Part shown: positions 45,300 through 56,800 of the stretch, piece after piece
How the letters are laid out: each line of letters begins with the position of its first letter
Numbering within the stretch: the first letter of the stretch is position 1
Assembly: GCA_965216755.1 (NCBI GenBank)
Contig: CBDCGL010000011.1
Location: forward strand, 1,344,001-1,408,000
DNA length: 64,000 nucleotides
Origin: Alphaproteobacteria bacterium
GTDB lineage: Bacteria; Pseudomonadota; Alphaproteobacteria; UBA7887
Direction: 5' to 3'
The notes under the pieces: generated by a model
Told to the model about the DNA's origin: nothing
What the model saw: the letters and a program-made list of their open reading frames with translations, nothing else
Database searches by the model: none
Made by a program: the position numbers and the translations under genes

Positions 45300-47104
45300 G
45301 AGCTCTCCACCTCGCTTATGGCGTAGCCCCGTGGCGTGTACATGGATACCTGGTCGTGATTTGTGAACGTGCGCGTTTGCGACGACCCCACCACAACAAT
45401 TGTCAGCATATCAATATTATCGGCGCTCACCGATGCAAGTGAGACAACACGCACATCTTCGTTTTCCCGGCCGAGATTGCGGGCCAATACGACGGGCGTT
45501 TCCGGTTCACGCCGTTGCAAAAGAATGTCGCGCGCTCGGCCAATATGTGCTTGGCGGCGACGAGAGACTGGATTGTAAAGGGCGACGACGAAATCACCCT
45601 CTGCGGCCGCACGCAACCGGCGTTCAATGACCGACCACGGCGTCATGAGGTCGGACAGCGAAATAGCACAGAAGTCGTTTCCAAGAGGCGCTCCGACGCG
45701 CGCGGCTGCGGCCTGCAATGCGCTGACGCCCGGCGTCGTGACCACTTCAATGCGTCGCCATGCAATCACCGCAGTTTGATCGATCAACTCCCAAACCAAT
45801 GACGCCATGGCGTATATTCCCGCGTCGCCCGAACACACAAGCGCCACTGAACGACCCTGGCCGGCAAGATCGAGTGCACGGCGCACCCGCGCCTCCTCGT
45901 CACCAAGATCAAATCTATGACAAGCTTGATTGGCCGCCAAAGGTCCGATCAAATCCAAATAGAGGCGATAGCCAACGATATCCGTGGCTTCGACGATGAA
46001 CCGTTCGGCTTCCGGCGTACGCCAATTTGCCGCGCCTGGTCCGAGCCCGACGATTGCCAGTCGCCCGCGCGCGCGGCCAACGCGTGTTCCGTCGAACGGC
46101 AACTGTGCTTCGGCCACAGCCACCGTCGCTTGGGCCCCACGCTGCTTCTTCACCACCAGATGTGCCTCAGGGCCCGCGGCCGCGAGCGCGGCGGCTTCAG
46201 CCACACCATGAGCGCCGACCGCCCGATAGACCGTCTCGGAAGGGTTGGCCAAGCGCGGCGTTTCTTGCTCCAATCGTTCGGCAGTGAAAAAACGCGCTGG
46301 AACCTTCAGCGCGGCTGCGACGGCGTGGACGGCCGGTTCGTCCAACTTCAAGTCTATCGAGTACATACCGGCTACCGCCCGTTCGGCAAGACCGGCATCG
46401 ACCAGTGTCGCGCGAACAAACGCGATGACCTTTTCGGGTGGCGCGCCGCGTTCGGTGCCGACCCCTACCGCAAGGACGCGCGGATGATAGACAAGATGTG
46501 ACGGTGATCCTTCATCCTGCCGCGACGTAATGGTCAGGGCCAAAGCCCCCTCACCCCGACGGAGCGACAATGTCGCCAATGCCGGCCACATTTGCGCGCC
46601 CGCAACACGCACATTTGAGCCATTGAGCAACGCGGTCGCAAACGCTTTATGATCGTCCGGGTTGGCAAGCGTGATGCCGGCTGGCGGATCGTCTAACGCC
46701 ACCCCAAACATCGCGTCAGTTGCCGTCGTGGTCGTCGCCTTAACACCTAAAACGGCAGCGATATGTTTGCTTATGACGTTTGCACCATGGTGCCCACCCA
46801 GCACCGGCACGACGGCACCGCCGTCCTCGCCGACGGCAATGACCGGCGGCTCCGCCACTTTGTTGTGCACGCAGGCGCCTAGAATACGAACCAGTATGCC
46901 CACGGCTCCGATTCCGACGATGGGTTGGCCAGACCGAAAGATGGCCCGCAAATGATCGCCCGGCTGGTCAATCCGTTTGTCCGTACCGTCAACACTTGTC
47001 GGACCATGAATTTCCGCACCATCTAGGGCGTTCGCGATTTTCCGTGCCAACGGCAATGCGCGTTCCGCCCAGACAAAAATTATTGGTGGGGTCACATGCG
47101 CCAT
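45296..47104 (-). CDS. cobJ: CbiG-CobJ/CbiH fusion (ring-opening hydrolase plus precorrin-3B C17-methyltransferase)
   Basis: N-terminal CbiG motifs (GGHHGAN, TTATD, GVAEAAAL) and C-terminal VGLGPG, SGDAGIYAMA, ISLSDLMTPW, TPRGY. Confidence 0.92.
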   Translation of the reverse strand: MAHVTPPIIFVWAERALPLARKIANALDGAEIHGPTSVDGTDKRIDQPGDHLRAIFRSGQPIVGIGAVGILVRILGACVHNKVAEPPVIAVGEDGGAVVPVLGGHHGANVISKHIAAVLGVKATTTTATDAMFGVALDDPPAGITLANPDDHKAFATALLNGSNVRVAGAQMWPALATLSLRRGEGALALTITSRQDEGSPSHLVYHPRVLAVGVGTERGAPPEKVIAFVRATLVDAGLAERAVAGMYSIDLKLDEPAVHAVAAALKVPARFFTAERLEQETPRLANPSETVYRAVGAHGVAEAAALAAAGPEAHLVVKKQRGAQATVAVAEAQLPFDGTRVGRARGRLAIVGLGPGAANWRTPEAERFIVEATDIVGYRLYLDLIGPLAANQACHRFDLGDEEARVRRALDLAGQGRSVALVCSGDAGIYAMASLVWELIDQTAVIAWRRIEVVTTPGVSALQAAAARVGAPLGNDFCAISLSDLMTPWSVIERRLRAAAEGDFVVALYNPVSRRRQAHIGRARDILLQRREPETPVVLARNLGRENEDVRVVSLASVSADNIDMLTIVVVGSSQTRTFTNHDQVSMYTPRGYAISEVESS

Positions 47105-47799
47105 GCGCCGCCCCGGCAATGGACGAGAATCATGGAGAAATACGGCACCTCGTCTGCACACACTTGATCGATCGGCAGAACGCGTTGATTGGACATGGTT
47201 GCTCGCTCTATGTAGTGGGCGCGATCGATCAAACCGCGGCGCCGCAGGATCCCCTGGACTTTCTCGAAGTGACGGCCGAGCTTGACAAGCGCGACGGCTT
47301 CGGCCCTTTCAAACCGCGCATCAATTTCGTCTTCGGACAACGTCGCGGGCACAATCGTCAAGACATCGTTGCGCGCCGACAATGGCGCACCGAGCGCAGC
47401 GGCGCATGCGGTCAATGAAGACACGCCCGGCACCACCTCAACGCGATAGTCCATGGCCATGCGCCCAAAGAGATAAAGGAACGAGCCGTAGAAAAACGGA
47501 TCGCCTTCGCATAACACGGCGGCGTCGCGCCCCGCGACAAGATGATCGCCGATCTCACGCGTCGCTCGATCGTAAACTTCCTGCGCCGGAAATCGGGCTT
47601 CGACCATGGGCATGCGCATGGCAATTTCAATTTGGTCGCCAGGCAGATGCTCAGCGACAATTTGCCGCGCCAAACTGTCACCATGCTCGGGGCTCGGATA
47701 GGCAATAACCGGGACGGTCGTCAGCACACGCAACGCCTTCAGCGTCAAAAGCTCAGGATCGCCGGGACCGACCCCGAGCCCATAGAGTGTTCCGGTCAT
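47092..47799 (-). CDS. cobI: Precorrin-2 C20-methyltransferase
   Basis: LYGLGVGPGDPELLTLKA, EGDPFFYGSF, PYFS. Confidence 0.95.
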   Translation of the reverse strand: MTGTLYGLGVGPGDPELLTLKALRVLTTVPVIAYPSPEHGDSLARQIVAEHLPGDQIEIAMRMPMVEARFPAQEVYDRATREIGDHLVAGRDAAVLCEGDPFFYGSFLYLFGRMAMDYRVEVVPGVSSLTACAAALGAPLSARNDVLTIVPATLSEDEIDARFERAEAVALVKLGRHFEKVQGILRRRGLIDRAHYIERATMSNQRVLPIDQVCADEVPYFSMILVHCRGGAWRM

Positions 47800-49001
47800 G
47801 ATTTGATAATTTCCCATTGCGTGACCGGCACCAGCGCCTGCCACACTTCAAACCGGCCGCTCGGTGCCGCGCGCGTGACCGCGATCCGACGCAACGCGCC
47901 GCCTTTCGTGCCATGCCATTCCGCAAGCCTTTGCTCACCCTCGACCGTGACGGCATTCGCGACCAATCGGCCGCCAGACTTGAGCGACTGCCAACATGTT
48001 TCGATCAGGTTGGCTGTCGTCAGCCCGCCACCGACGAAAACTGCGTCAGGCGGCTCAAGCCCCGAAAGCACAGCCGGCGCTTCACCACAAACGACGCTGA
48101 GGGTCGGTGCGCCCAATGCGACGGCATTCTCCCGAATATACGCGACACGATCTTCATTGCTTTCAATGGCGATCGCTGCCGCATAGGGCTCCATGCGCAG
48201 CCATTCGATGCCAATCGAGCCACAGCCAGCGCCCACGTCCCACAGCCGTTGTCCTGGCCCGGGGCGAAGCGCCGCCAAAGTCATGGCACGCACTTCGCGC
48301 TTGGTTAGCTGACCGTCATGACGGAACACGTCGTCCGGTAGACCAGGCGACCGCGAAAGCATTTGGACGCCGTCCGCCGGATGACACACAACGGCGACCG
48401 TGTTGAGATCCGCGATCGACGTGTCAGTCCAATTCTCCGCCGTGCCATCCACACGACGTTCGCGGCCGCCGCCCATATGTTCGAAAACCGACAGACGGCT
48501 CGGCCCAAATCCGCGTTCCCGTAGTAGAGAGGCGATTTGAGCGGGACTGCCGCCGTCGTTACTTAGAATTAGTAGTCGCGCATATGGTTGGACAAATGGA
48601 TGAATCATCTCGATCGGACGACTGTGCACGGTCAAGCAGCTACAGTCTGGTCTTGACCACCCCATTCGCGCCGCAGCCAAACTGAACGCCGATGGCGACG
48701 GTACAATCAGCATTTCGGATATCGGAAGCTGGCGCGCTAGCTTTGTGCCGATGCCGAAATCCATCGGGTCGCCCGTCGCCAGCACACAGACTCGACGACT
48801 GCGACACCGCTTGATGTCCTCGACCGTCTTTTGTAGTGGTGAAGCCCAAGTGAGACGTTGCGCGCCTGCGTCTGGGACCAAATCCAGATGGCGTTGGCTA
48901 CCGACCAAAACCTCCGCCTCGGCAATGAGTTCGCGGCCGACCGCGGGCAGATCGTCGAATCCGCCCTCACCAAGGCCAACCACACTAAGCCACCGTTTCA
49001 T
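47796..49001 (-). CDS. cobL: Precorrin-6Y C5,15-methyltransferase (decarboxylating), CbiE-CbiT fusion
   Basis: ATGDPM..GIG, DGQLTKREVR, WDVGAGCGSI, GGRLVANAVT. Confidence 0.95.
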   Translation of the reverse strand: MKRWLSVVGLGEGGFDDLPAVGRELIAEAEVLVGSQRHLDLVPDAGAQRLTWASPLQKTVEDIKRCRSRRVCVLATGDPMDFGIGTKLARQLPISEMLIVPSPSAFSLAAARMGWSRPDCSCLTVHSRPIEMIHPFVQPYARLLILSNDGGSPAQIASLLRERGFGPSRLSVFEHMGGGRERRVDGTAENWTDTSIADLNTVAVVCHPADGVQMLSRSPGLPDDVFRHDGQLTKREVRAMTLAALRPGPGQRLWDVGAGCGSIGIEWLRMEPYAAAIAIESNEDRVAYIRENAVALGAPTLSVVCGEAPAVLSGLEPPDAVFVGGGLTTANLIETCWQSLKSGGRLVANAVTVEGEQRLAEWHGTKGGALRRIAVTRAAPSGRFEVWQALVPVTQWEIIKS

Positions 49002-49615
49002 TCGCCTGCAGTCAGCGAATTGACGCCCGCCGCCGCCAGCGCACTGCCACCACGCCGGCCACGTAGAGTCACGAATGGCACGCCGGTTCCACTCTCAATA
49101 AGCGCCTGCTTAGATTCGGCGGCACCGACAAATCCGACGGGAAACCCGAAAATGGCCGCGGGTTTCGGCGCACCATCCCACAGCATCTCCAAAAGCCGAA
49201 ATAAGGCCGTCGGCGCGTTACCAATTGCCACCACAGCACCGAGCATATGCGGGCGCCATAGTTCCACCGCGGCAGCCGACCGGGTCGCGCCGCGCCTTTT
49301 GGCATCGATCTCCGTGACATCATCAAGCATGCACAAGACGGAATTGTCGGCCGGCAGGCGACGGGCAGTGATCCCGGCCTTGACCATTGCACAGTCAACC
49401 AATATCGGCGCGCCCGCACGAAGTGCCGCGCGTCCGGCACCTACCACGTCCCCGCGGTGCTCCAATCCAGAGATGATGTCGGGCATTCCACACGCGTGCA
49501 CTAGTCGCGTGACCAAACCAGCAAGTTCCGCTGGTAGATCGCCAAACGCGGTTTCGCGGCGAACGATCTCAAACGAGCGCCGCGTAATCTCGCCCGGGTC
49601 GCGAATGTAGTTCAC
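48998..49615 (-). CDS. cobH: Precorrin-8X methylmutase
   Basis: YIRDP..I..RSF, RLVHACG, IGNAPTAL, PVGFVGAAESK, GRRGGS. Confidence 0.95.
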   Translation of the reverse strand: MNYIRDPGEITRRSFEIVRRETAFGDLPAELAGLVTRLVHACGMPDIISGLEHRGDVVGAGRAALRAGAPILVDCAMVKAGITARRLPADNSVLCMLDDVTEIDAKRRGATRSAAAVELWRPHMLGAVVAIGNAPTALFRLLEMLWDGAPKPAAIFGFPVGFVGAAESKQALIESGTGVPFVTLRGRRGGSALAAAGVNSLTAGE

Positions 49616-50652
49616 CGGTGGCTCCCGAGTTTCTTCAAGGTCACCGGCCCCAATGGATGGTCAGCATGCGGATAAGGGTGGTGGTGACCACCATGGCTAT
49701 GGCTATGGCTATGGCTATGGCTATGGCTATGGCTATGAGTATGCTTATTATCAGTGTTGTCCAGAGCCGTCGGACCGGTTCCAATCCCTTCAACATGATG
49801 GTGATGGCTTTCTTGAGCCAAGCCGACTTCCGCCTCAAATCCCAAGATCTGTTCGCGATATTTGCACATCTGGCAGTTCATGTTGGGCGAACCATCGAGG
49901 CATTCGTGAACGCGCTCGATCACCGTGTCGACAACCAAAGGATGGTCGTTCAAGTAGGGTGCCTTGATAAACTCAATTTCCGGATGACGGGCGGCGACCA
50001 GATCCGTGTGATCGTAGATTCGCCGAACCAACACACCCGTAAACAGAAAATAGGGAAACACGATGATGCGGCGAAAACCCAAACGCGCGACCTGTTCAAG
50101 CGCCGGTTCGACGAGCGGAAACGTGACGCCGGAATAGGCCGTCTCCCCCCACCCGAATCCAAATCCTTCCCACAGTAGGCGAGTCACTTTGGCAACATTG
50201 GAATTGGCATCAGGATCAGAAGCCCCCCGACCAACGACCACCAAAAGTGTTTCGTGCGCCGGCACATCGCCTGCAGCGCTTTGAAGTGCTTGCTGAACCC
50301 GATCTCCCGCCGCCTGAATCATTCGCGAATCGATGCCCAGATCGCGGCTATATGAAATGGCGATACCAGTATTCTGCGCCATGTAGGTGTTGAGCACGGA
50401 CGGTACGTCATTCTTGACGTGGCCGGCAGCGAATAACATGCCGGGAACGGCAACAATCCGACGAACACTTTGCTCGCGCAGTGCGTCTAGACCATCGCGT
50501 ATAACCGGCGTCGCGAATTCGAGAAACCCATGGGTTACACGGAAATCGGGGAGTCTTTTCGCGACATGTTCTGCCAGATTTCCGAATTCCATAACGGCCT
50601 GCTCGTCGCGACTGCCATGCCCGACTACAAGAATTCCTGTGCTCTGAGTCAT
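49612..50652 (-). CDS. cbiX: Sirohydrochlorin cobaltochelatase CbiX with MxCxxC motif and His-rich tail
   Basis: GHGSRD, FLEFA.P, AGHVKND, GRGASDPDAN, MNCQMCKYR, HHHH and (HS)7 tail. Confidence 0.93.
   Translation of the reverse strand: MTQSTGILVVGHGSRDEQAVMEFGNLAEHVAKRLPDFRVTHGFLEFATPVIRDGLDALREQSVRRIVAVPGMLFAAGHVKNDVPSVLNTYMAQNTGIAISYSRDLGIDSRMIQAAGDRVQQALQSAAGDVPAHETLLVVVGRGASDPDANSNVAKVTRLLWEGFGFGWGETAYSGVTFPLVEPALEQVARLGFRRIIVFPYFLFTGVLVRRIYDHTDLVAARHPEIEFIKAPYLNDHPLVVDTVIERVHECLDGSPNMNCQMCKYREQILGFEAEVGLAQESHHHHVEGIGTGPTALDNTDNKHTHSHSHSHSHSHSHSHGGHHHPYPHADHPLGPVTLKKLGSHR
49693..49734. repeat. Perfect hexanucleotide microsatellite (atggct)7 encoding the His-Ser tract of CbiX
   Basis: Read directly from the sequence. 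Confidence 0.9.
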
Positions 50653-50753
50653 TATGACCGTGCCCTCCTCGCACCCGATCGCGACACACGCCACAGCGCC
50701 GCCGGAATATCATCGAGATTGACCGTGGATCGCCACGCCGACAAAGTTGCCCG

Positions 50754-51719
50754 ATGATTTTCTACTGTGACGCACTTTGGATCTTGGTTGCCGCCATGAT
50801 TTTGGACGCACTGATCGGCGATCCATCGTGGCTCTACACCCGCGTACCCCATCCCGTGGCCCTGATCGGTCGCGGCATTGGGGCACTGGAACGTGCCTTG
50901 TACGGCCCCACTGTTGGCAGACGCGCCCGCGGCTTGTTGGTTGTGGCACTTGCGCTTGTCGGCGTCGCATGCATATCGGCAAGCCTGACCATTGCTTTTC
51001 ACACGCTCGGCGGCGCGTGGGGCCCGATCCTCGAAGCTACGGTCGCCAGCAGCTTTCTCGCCGGACGTTCGCTTCATGATCACGCGCAAACTGTGGCCAG
51101 CGCCCTCGCTGATGGCGTTGCGGCGGCACGGAACGCCGTTGGCCACTTGGTCGGACGCGACGTCCAATCTTTGGACAATAGTGGTGTCGCCCACGCTGCA
51201 ATCGAATCCATGGCTGAGAACTTGTCCGACGGTTTGGTCGCGCCCCTTTTTTGGTACGTGCTGATGGGGCTGCCGGGACTTGCTATCTACAAGACGATCA
51301 ACACACTCGACAGCATGATCGGCTATCGCAATGCACGCTATCGCGACTTCGGCTGGGCGGCGGCGCGGCTCGATGACATTGCCAACTGGATTCCTGCACG
51401 ACTGACGGCTGTGCTGCTGGTGATGGCAGCCTTCGCCATGCCGAACTGCGATGGACGCGGCGCCACCAAAGCCGCCATGCGCGACGCCCGTTTTCACAGA
51501 TCGCCCAATGCCGGCTGGCCCGAAGCGGCCGTAGCCGGCGCGCTCAACCTGCGGCTCGGCGGACCGCGCGCCTACGACGAGAAATGGGTCGACGCCCTGT
51601 GGCTTTTTGGCGAAGGTGCCGCCCCTGGACCAACCGATATCAGCCGTGCCCTGTCGCTCTACCGTGCCAGCTGGGCATTGACCGCTTTGATCATTGTTAT
51701 CTTGGCAGCAATTCTGTAA
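50754..51719 (+). CDS. cbiB: Adenosylcobinamide-phosphate synthase CbiB/CobD
   Basis: GDP...HPV, ESMAENLSDG, NTLDSMIGY, ARLDD..NWIPAR, SPNAGWPE. Confidence 0.95.
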   Translation: MIFYCDALWILVAAMILDALIGDPSWLYTRVPHPVALIGRGIGALERALYGPTVGRRARGLLVVALALVGVACISASLTIAFHTLGGAWGPILEATVASSFLAGRSLHDHAQTVASALADGVAAARNAVGHLVGRDVQSLDNSGVAHAAIESMAENLSDGLVAPLFWYVLMGLPGLAIYKTINTLDSMIGYRNARYRDFGWAAARLDDIANWIPARLTAVLLVMAAFAMPNCDGRGATKAAMRDARFHRSPNAGWPEAAVAGALNLRLGGPRAYDEKWVDALWLFGEGAAPGPTDISRALSLYRASWALTALIIVILAAIL

Positions 51720-51723
51720 AGGG

Positions 51724-53193
51724 TTACGCGGCACAAGCAAGATCCCAAATACGATCCAGATCGAGGTGCGTTTCCAGATGTACTGCCAATTTGTCCAACG
51801 TCTCATCCACTAGCGATTCATAAACCATGCCGGCATCCGTTCGGGATCGCAGCTTGTTTAGAAACCCGTGGCGAAATTGATCGGATGCGAACAGCCCGTG
51901 GACATAGCAACCCATGACAAGCCCATCTGCACTGATCGCACCGTCCCGTCGACCGTTGTCCAGTCGTAGCATGGGTGTCGCCAACGCGGGGCCATTGCTC
52001 TGGCCAACATGCATTTCGTAGCCCCGAACCGACATCCCGGTTTGGCATTCAACGCCCGATACCGGGATCAACATCTTCTCATCATGCAGTTCTGTCGATA
52101 GATCGAGCAGGCCGAGGCCAGCCGTTTCGCCGGGTGTCCCCTCAACACCGTGTGGATCCGCGACCAATCTGCCCAGCATCTGATAGCCGCCGCAGATCCC
52201 CAATACAGCGCCGCCCCGGCGCCGATGCGCCAGCAAATCGACATCCCAACCGTTTTCACGAAAATGCACGAGATCGGCGCGCGTCGCTTTCGTACCCGGC
52301 AGGATCACGATATCCGCGTCACCCGGCAAAGCTTCACCTGCACGTACAAAGCGCACCTCCACGTCTGGTTCACTCGACAACGGATCAAGATCATCGAAAT
52401 TCGCAATGCGACTTGGCACCGGCACGGCGACGCAAATGGCCCGGTCATTTGCGGGTCGGCGACTTTCCAAAGTCATGGCATCTTCGGCCGGCAAATGAAT
52501 CGCATCGGCAAGATGCGGCACGACGCCCAAGCCGCGCATGCCCGTTCGTTGTTCGATAATGCGCATGCCCGAGGCGAACAGCTCAGGGTCACCGCGAAAT
52601 TTATTGATGATGAATCCTTTCAGGCGCGCTTGTTCCTCAGCGGGCAGCAGCACCCATGTGCCGACCAAGCTAGCAATGACGCCACCGCGATGAATATCTC
52701 CGACCAAAACCACTGGCACATTGGCCGCTTCGGCGAAGCCCATATTGGCGATGTCGCCAGAACGCAAATTGACCTCGGCTGGACTACCCGCGCCTTCCAC
52801 CAAGATCAGATCCGCCTCGCAAGCCAAGCGCGCAAAGCATGCGGTTACTGACGGCAACAACTCTGCGCGTAGCGCATGGTATTCGCGCGCCTGCGCGTTG
52901 CCCCAAACACGTCCTTGAAGAACCACCTGTGCACCGATGTCGGTTTGGGGCTTGAGCAATACTGGGTTCATGTCCGCTGTCGGCGCCACGCCGCACGCGC
53001 GCGCTTGCAATGCTTGGGCGCGCCCGATCTCGCAACCATCGGGCGTAACCGCGGCGTTGTTCGACATGTTCTGGGGTTTGAACGGCCGCACTTGCAGGCC
53101 CCGTCGCACGAAGGCGCGGCACAGGCCAGCGACAAGCAGCGACTTGCCCACATCGGAGCCGGTACCTTGGAACATGAGCGCCGGTACCGTCAA
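51724..53193 (-). CDS. cobQ: Cobyric acid synthase
   Basis: [46 protein letters not shown]. Confidence 0.96.
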   Translation of the reverse strand: MTVPALMFQGTGSDVGKSLLVAGLCRAFVRRGLQVRPFKPQNMSNNAAVTPDGCEIGRAQALQARACGVAPTADMNPVLLKPQTDIGAQVVLQGRVWGNAQAREYHALRAELLPSVTACFARLACEADLILVEGAGSPAEVNLRSGDIANMGFAEAANVPVVLVGDIHRGGVIASLVGTWVLLPAEEQARLKGFIINKFRGDPELFASGMRIIEQRTGMRGLGVVPHLADAIHLPAEDAMTLESRRPANDRAICVAVPVPSRIANFDDLDPLSSEPDVEVRFVRAGEALPGDADIVILPGTKATRADLVHFRENGWDVDLLAHRRRGGAVLGICGGYQMLGRLVADPHGVEGTPGETAGLGLLDLSTELHDEKMLIPVSGVECQTGMSVRGYEMHVGQSNGPALATPMLRLDNGRRDGAISADGLVMGCYVHGLFASDQFRHGFLNKLRSRTDAGMVYESLVDETLDKLAVHLETHLDLDRIWDLACAA

Positions 53194-53825
53194 AACTCGA
53201 TGCCCTTCTGCGCCTTGACGCCGCCACGAAAGGGATGTTTGACCATGGTCATTTCGGTCACCAAGTCAGCCGCCTCGATCAATGTCTCTTTGGCGTTTCG
53301 CCCGGTTACCACAACGTGCAAATCGGCCGGGCGATCGGCGAGATACGATACAACTTCGTTAAGTGGCAAATAATCATAGCGCAGCACGATATTGAGTTCG
53401 TCCAAGATAATCATATCGTACTGCGGCGACGAACCACGGCTTGCCTCCACCATGTCCTTTGCCGCTGACCATGCCGCCTGGGCGGCACGAATATCGCGGG
53501 CGCGGTCCTGCGTTTCCCAAGTAAATCCTTCGCCCATCGTTCTTATGGTGACTTGATCAGGGAACTTTTCCAGGACGGCACGCTCACCGGTTTGCCATTT
53601 GCCTTTGACGAATTGCACAACGCCGACGCGCAGCCCATTGCCGATCGCCCTTACGGCGAGTCCGAACGCGGCCGTCGATTTGCCCTTGCCCGTGCCGGTA
53701 TGAACAATCAGCAAACCTTTCTCGATCGTTTTGCCAGCCAGCATCTTGTCCCGAGCGGCTTTCTTTTTGCGGGCCTTCTCGTTGGCGCGATGATTGATGT
53801 CGTCTTCGTTCTGTATTTCACTCAT
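53190..53825 (-). CDS. cobO: Cob(I)yrinic acid a,c-diamide adenosyltransferase
   Basis: [40 protein letters not shown]. Confidence 0.96.
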   Translation of the reverse strand: MSEIQNEDDINHRANEKARKKKAARDKMLAGKTIEKGLLIVHTGTGKGKSTAAFGLAVRAIGNGLRVGVVQFVKGKWQTGERAVLEKFPDQVTIRTMGEGFTWETQDRARDIRAAQAAWSAAKDMVEASRGSSPQYDMIILDELNIVLRYDYLPLNEVVSYLADRPADLHVVVTGRNAKETLIEAADLVTEMTMVKHPFRGGVKAQKGIEF

Positions 53826-56800
53826 GAAGTTTCTCGTGATTTCTGCCCCGCCAGCGCGCGCAGCCGGATCGGCGCCCGATTAGACCTCGGCTTCCACAAT
53901 CCGCGTTCCTGCGCCTCGGTCAAACGTTCGGCAACTTCACGCGCGGCTGCCGGGTTTGCCCTATCCATAAATCCTCTGACCGTTTTGTCTTCGACAAAGG
54001 CGTCGTAGACAAGGTCGAAATGGTGGTCCGCCACCATGCGGGTGGTCGCGGCAAACGCAAATAAATAGTCCACGGTAGCGGCGATCTCGAACGCACCCTT
54101 GTACCCATGGCGCATCACACCGGCGATCCATTTTGGGTTGACAACGCGCGCGCGCACGACCCGGCCAATCTCATCCTGCAGTGTCCGAATGCGCGGGCGC
54201 TCCGGTCGGGAGTGGTCGTTATGGTAAACGACCGGTTGTTCGCCTGACAAATGCCGGATTGCCGCGGTCGCACCACCTTCGAATTGGTAATAGTCGTCGG
54301 AATCGAGCAAATCATGCTCGCGATTGTCTTGGTTATGGACAACGATCTGCGCGCCTGCCAAGCGGCGTTCAAACATGCGGTGCTCCGCGCGCCCGTCCGC
54401 GCCGCCGCCATACGCGTACCCGCCCCAGGCCAGGTAAGCGCGGGCGAGATCGACATCGCTTTCCCAGCAACGCTCATCAATCAGCGCCTGGAGGCCCGCG
54501 CCGTACGCGCCGGGCATGGATCCGAAAATCCGGTGCGCCGCGCGGCTTGCCGCTACCTCGGCGTCCGTACCCTCGGCGATCAATCGCTTCGTATCAGCTT
54601 GGACTCGCGCGACCATCGGATTGTCACGCGGCGGTTCGTCCAAGGCCGCTACCGCGCGCGCTGCCGAATCCAGCAAATCCAACTGTGTGGGAAACGCGTC
54701 ACGGAAAAAACCCGACGCACGCAAAGTCACATCGACACGCGGGCGGCCCAATACCCGAACAGGAAGGATTTCGAACGCGGTGACCCGGCGCGACGCGCTA
54801 TCCCATGTCGGCCGCACGCCCATCATGGCCAACGCTTGCGCGATATCTTCACCACCCGTGCGCATGTTGGCTGTACCCCATGCGCTCACCACAAGCGCCT
54901 CGGGCCAGCTGCCTTCTCGTTGACGGTAGTCGTCTATCAACAAGTTTGCCGATTTCCAGCCCAATTGCCACGCGGCCGGCGTTGGCACAGTCCGATTGTC
55001 GACAGAATAGAAGTTGCGCCCGGTCGGCAAGACATCGAGTCGACCGCGCGTCGGCGCGCCGGATGGACCGGGCGTCACGAATCGGCCATCGAGCCCGGCA
55101 AGCAGGCCATCGATTTCAGCAACGCCGGATTGTTCAACGTTCTGACGCACTGTTTCGGAAACATGATCCAGCACTGCGCGGGTCCGCGACCATGTGCGCG
55201 GAGAGTCGAATTCGCCCGATATGAGGGCCGCCGAGAGAAGCTCGATGCGCTCAACTGTGTCGCCACATGTCCGCCATGGTCCGTCGGAAATCCCGGTCAA
55301 AACGGCGGGCCGTCGTCCCACCCAACGTGACGCCATCTCGCAATCGAGCGGATCAAATCCGTCGAAACCCAGATCTGCCGACAAAGCCCGAGCCAAACTC
55401 GCATCGGCGCCTTCGCCGGCGTTGCGCGGCACGCGCACAAGCGCGGTCAGAAGGTCATCGCGCTGCCGGCCGGTCGGCGCATGTCCAAAAATGTGCAGTC
55501 CATCGCGAATCTGCATTTCTTTAATTTCGCATAAATAATTATCAAGCTGAGACAAAGCGGACTCATCATCAGTGTCTTCACCAAATCCACAATCATGATC
55601 GAGCCCCAAATACCGGGCGAGTTCGAGAATCTGAGTTCGCAAGAGTCCCAGCCGCCGCGTATCGACGCCCGCGGCCTCGTAATATTCGTCGACCAAGGCC
55701 TCCAGGTCCTTTAGCGGACCATAGGAGTCTGCCCGGGTCAGGGGCGGTGTCAGGTGATCGACGATCACCGCTTGAGCGCGACGCTTGGCCTGGGTGCCCT
55801 CCCCAGGATCGTTGACGATAAAAGGGTACAGATGCGGCACGGGGCCCAAGGCAGCTTCCGGGAAGCAATCCTCAGACAATGCGACCGCCTTGCCGGGAAG
55901 CCATTCCAAATTGCCATGCTTGCCGACGTGCACAATGGCGTGGGCGCCGAACTCCTCCCGCAACCACCCATAGGTTGCGAGATAGCCGTGCGGTGGCACC
56001 AACGCCGGGTCGTGATAACTTTTCACCGGATCGACGTTGTAGCCGCGGCTCGGCTGGACGATAACGACGACATTGCCAAAGGCCACGACCGGCACTGCAA
56101 ACCGACCGTCAATGACGGACGGATCATTTTCGGGTTCGCCCCAGCGCGCCGTGACAGCATCGCGAACGGCGCCCGGAAGGCTCACAAAAAAACGGCAATA
56201 GTCCTCAAGAGCGTAACCTCGCGCGCCGTGCGCCCGCGGATCACCTGGGCGGCTGATCACACTTTGGGCCAAACGAATAAGTTCAGCACCGTCACGCGGC
56301 ATGCCTTCAACGCAGTACCCCGCCTGCGCCAATGCCTGCAAAATCGCTATTGTGCTCGCCGGTGTATCCAGGCCAACACCATTGCCGACACGGCCCGCCC
56401 GATTGGGATAGTTCGCGAGCACCAACGCAATTTTGCGCTGAGGTCGCCGATTTCGTCGCAGGCGCGCCCAGGCTCTGGCCAGTTCGGCAACAAACGCCAC
56501 GCGATTGGTGACCGGCGCGTATGTCGCCACCGAATGTTCGGTCCGCGCATCAAAGCGGGCTTCTGCCTTAAACGAAATCGCGCGGCTGAAAATCCTGCCG
56601 TCGACTTCGGGCAACACGACGTTCATTGCCAGGTCGCGGGGGAGCAAGCCCCGCGCGCTTTCGCGCCACGTCGCTTCATGTCCGCCGGAGAAGACAACCT
56701 GTAGCACCGGACAGTCTGCCGCTTCAAACGGAGTCGGGACCCGCGCCGCGCCGGGACGCGAAACGGCAAAACCCGTGGCGTTGAGAATGACATCCGGCGG

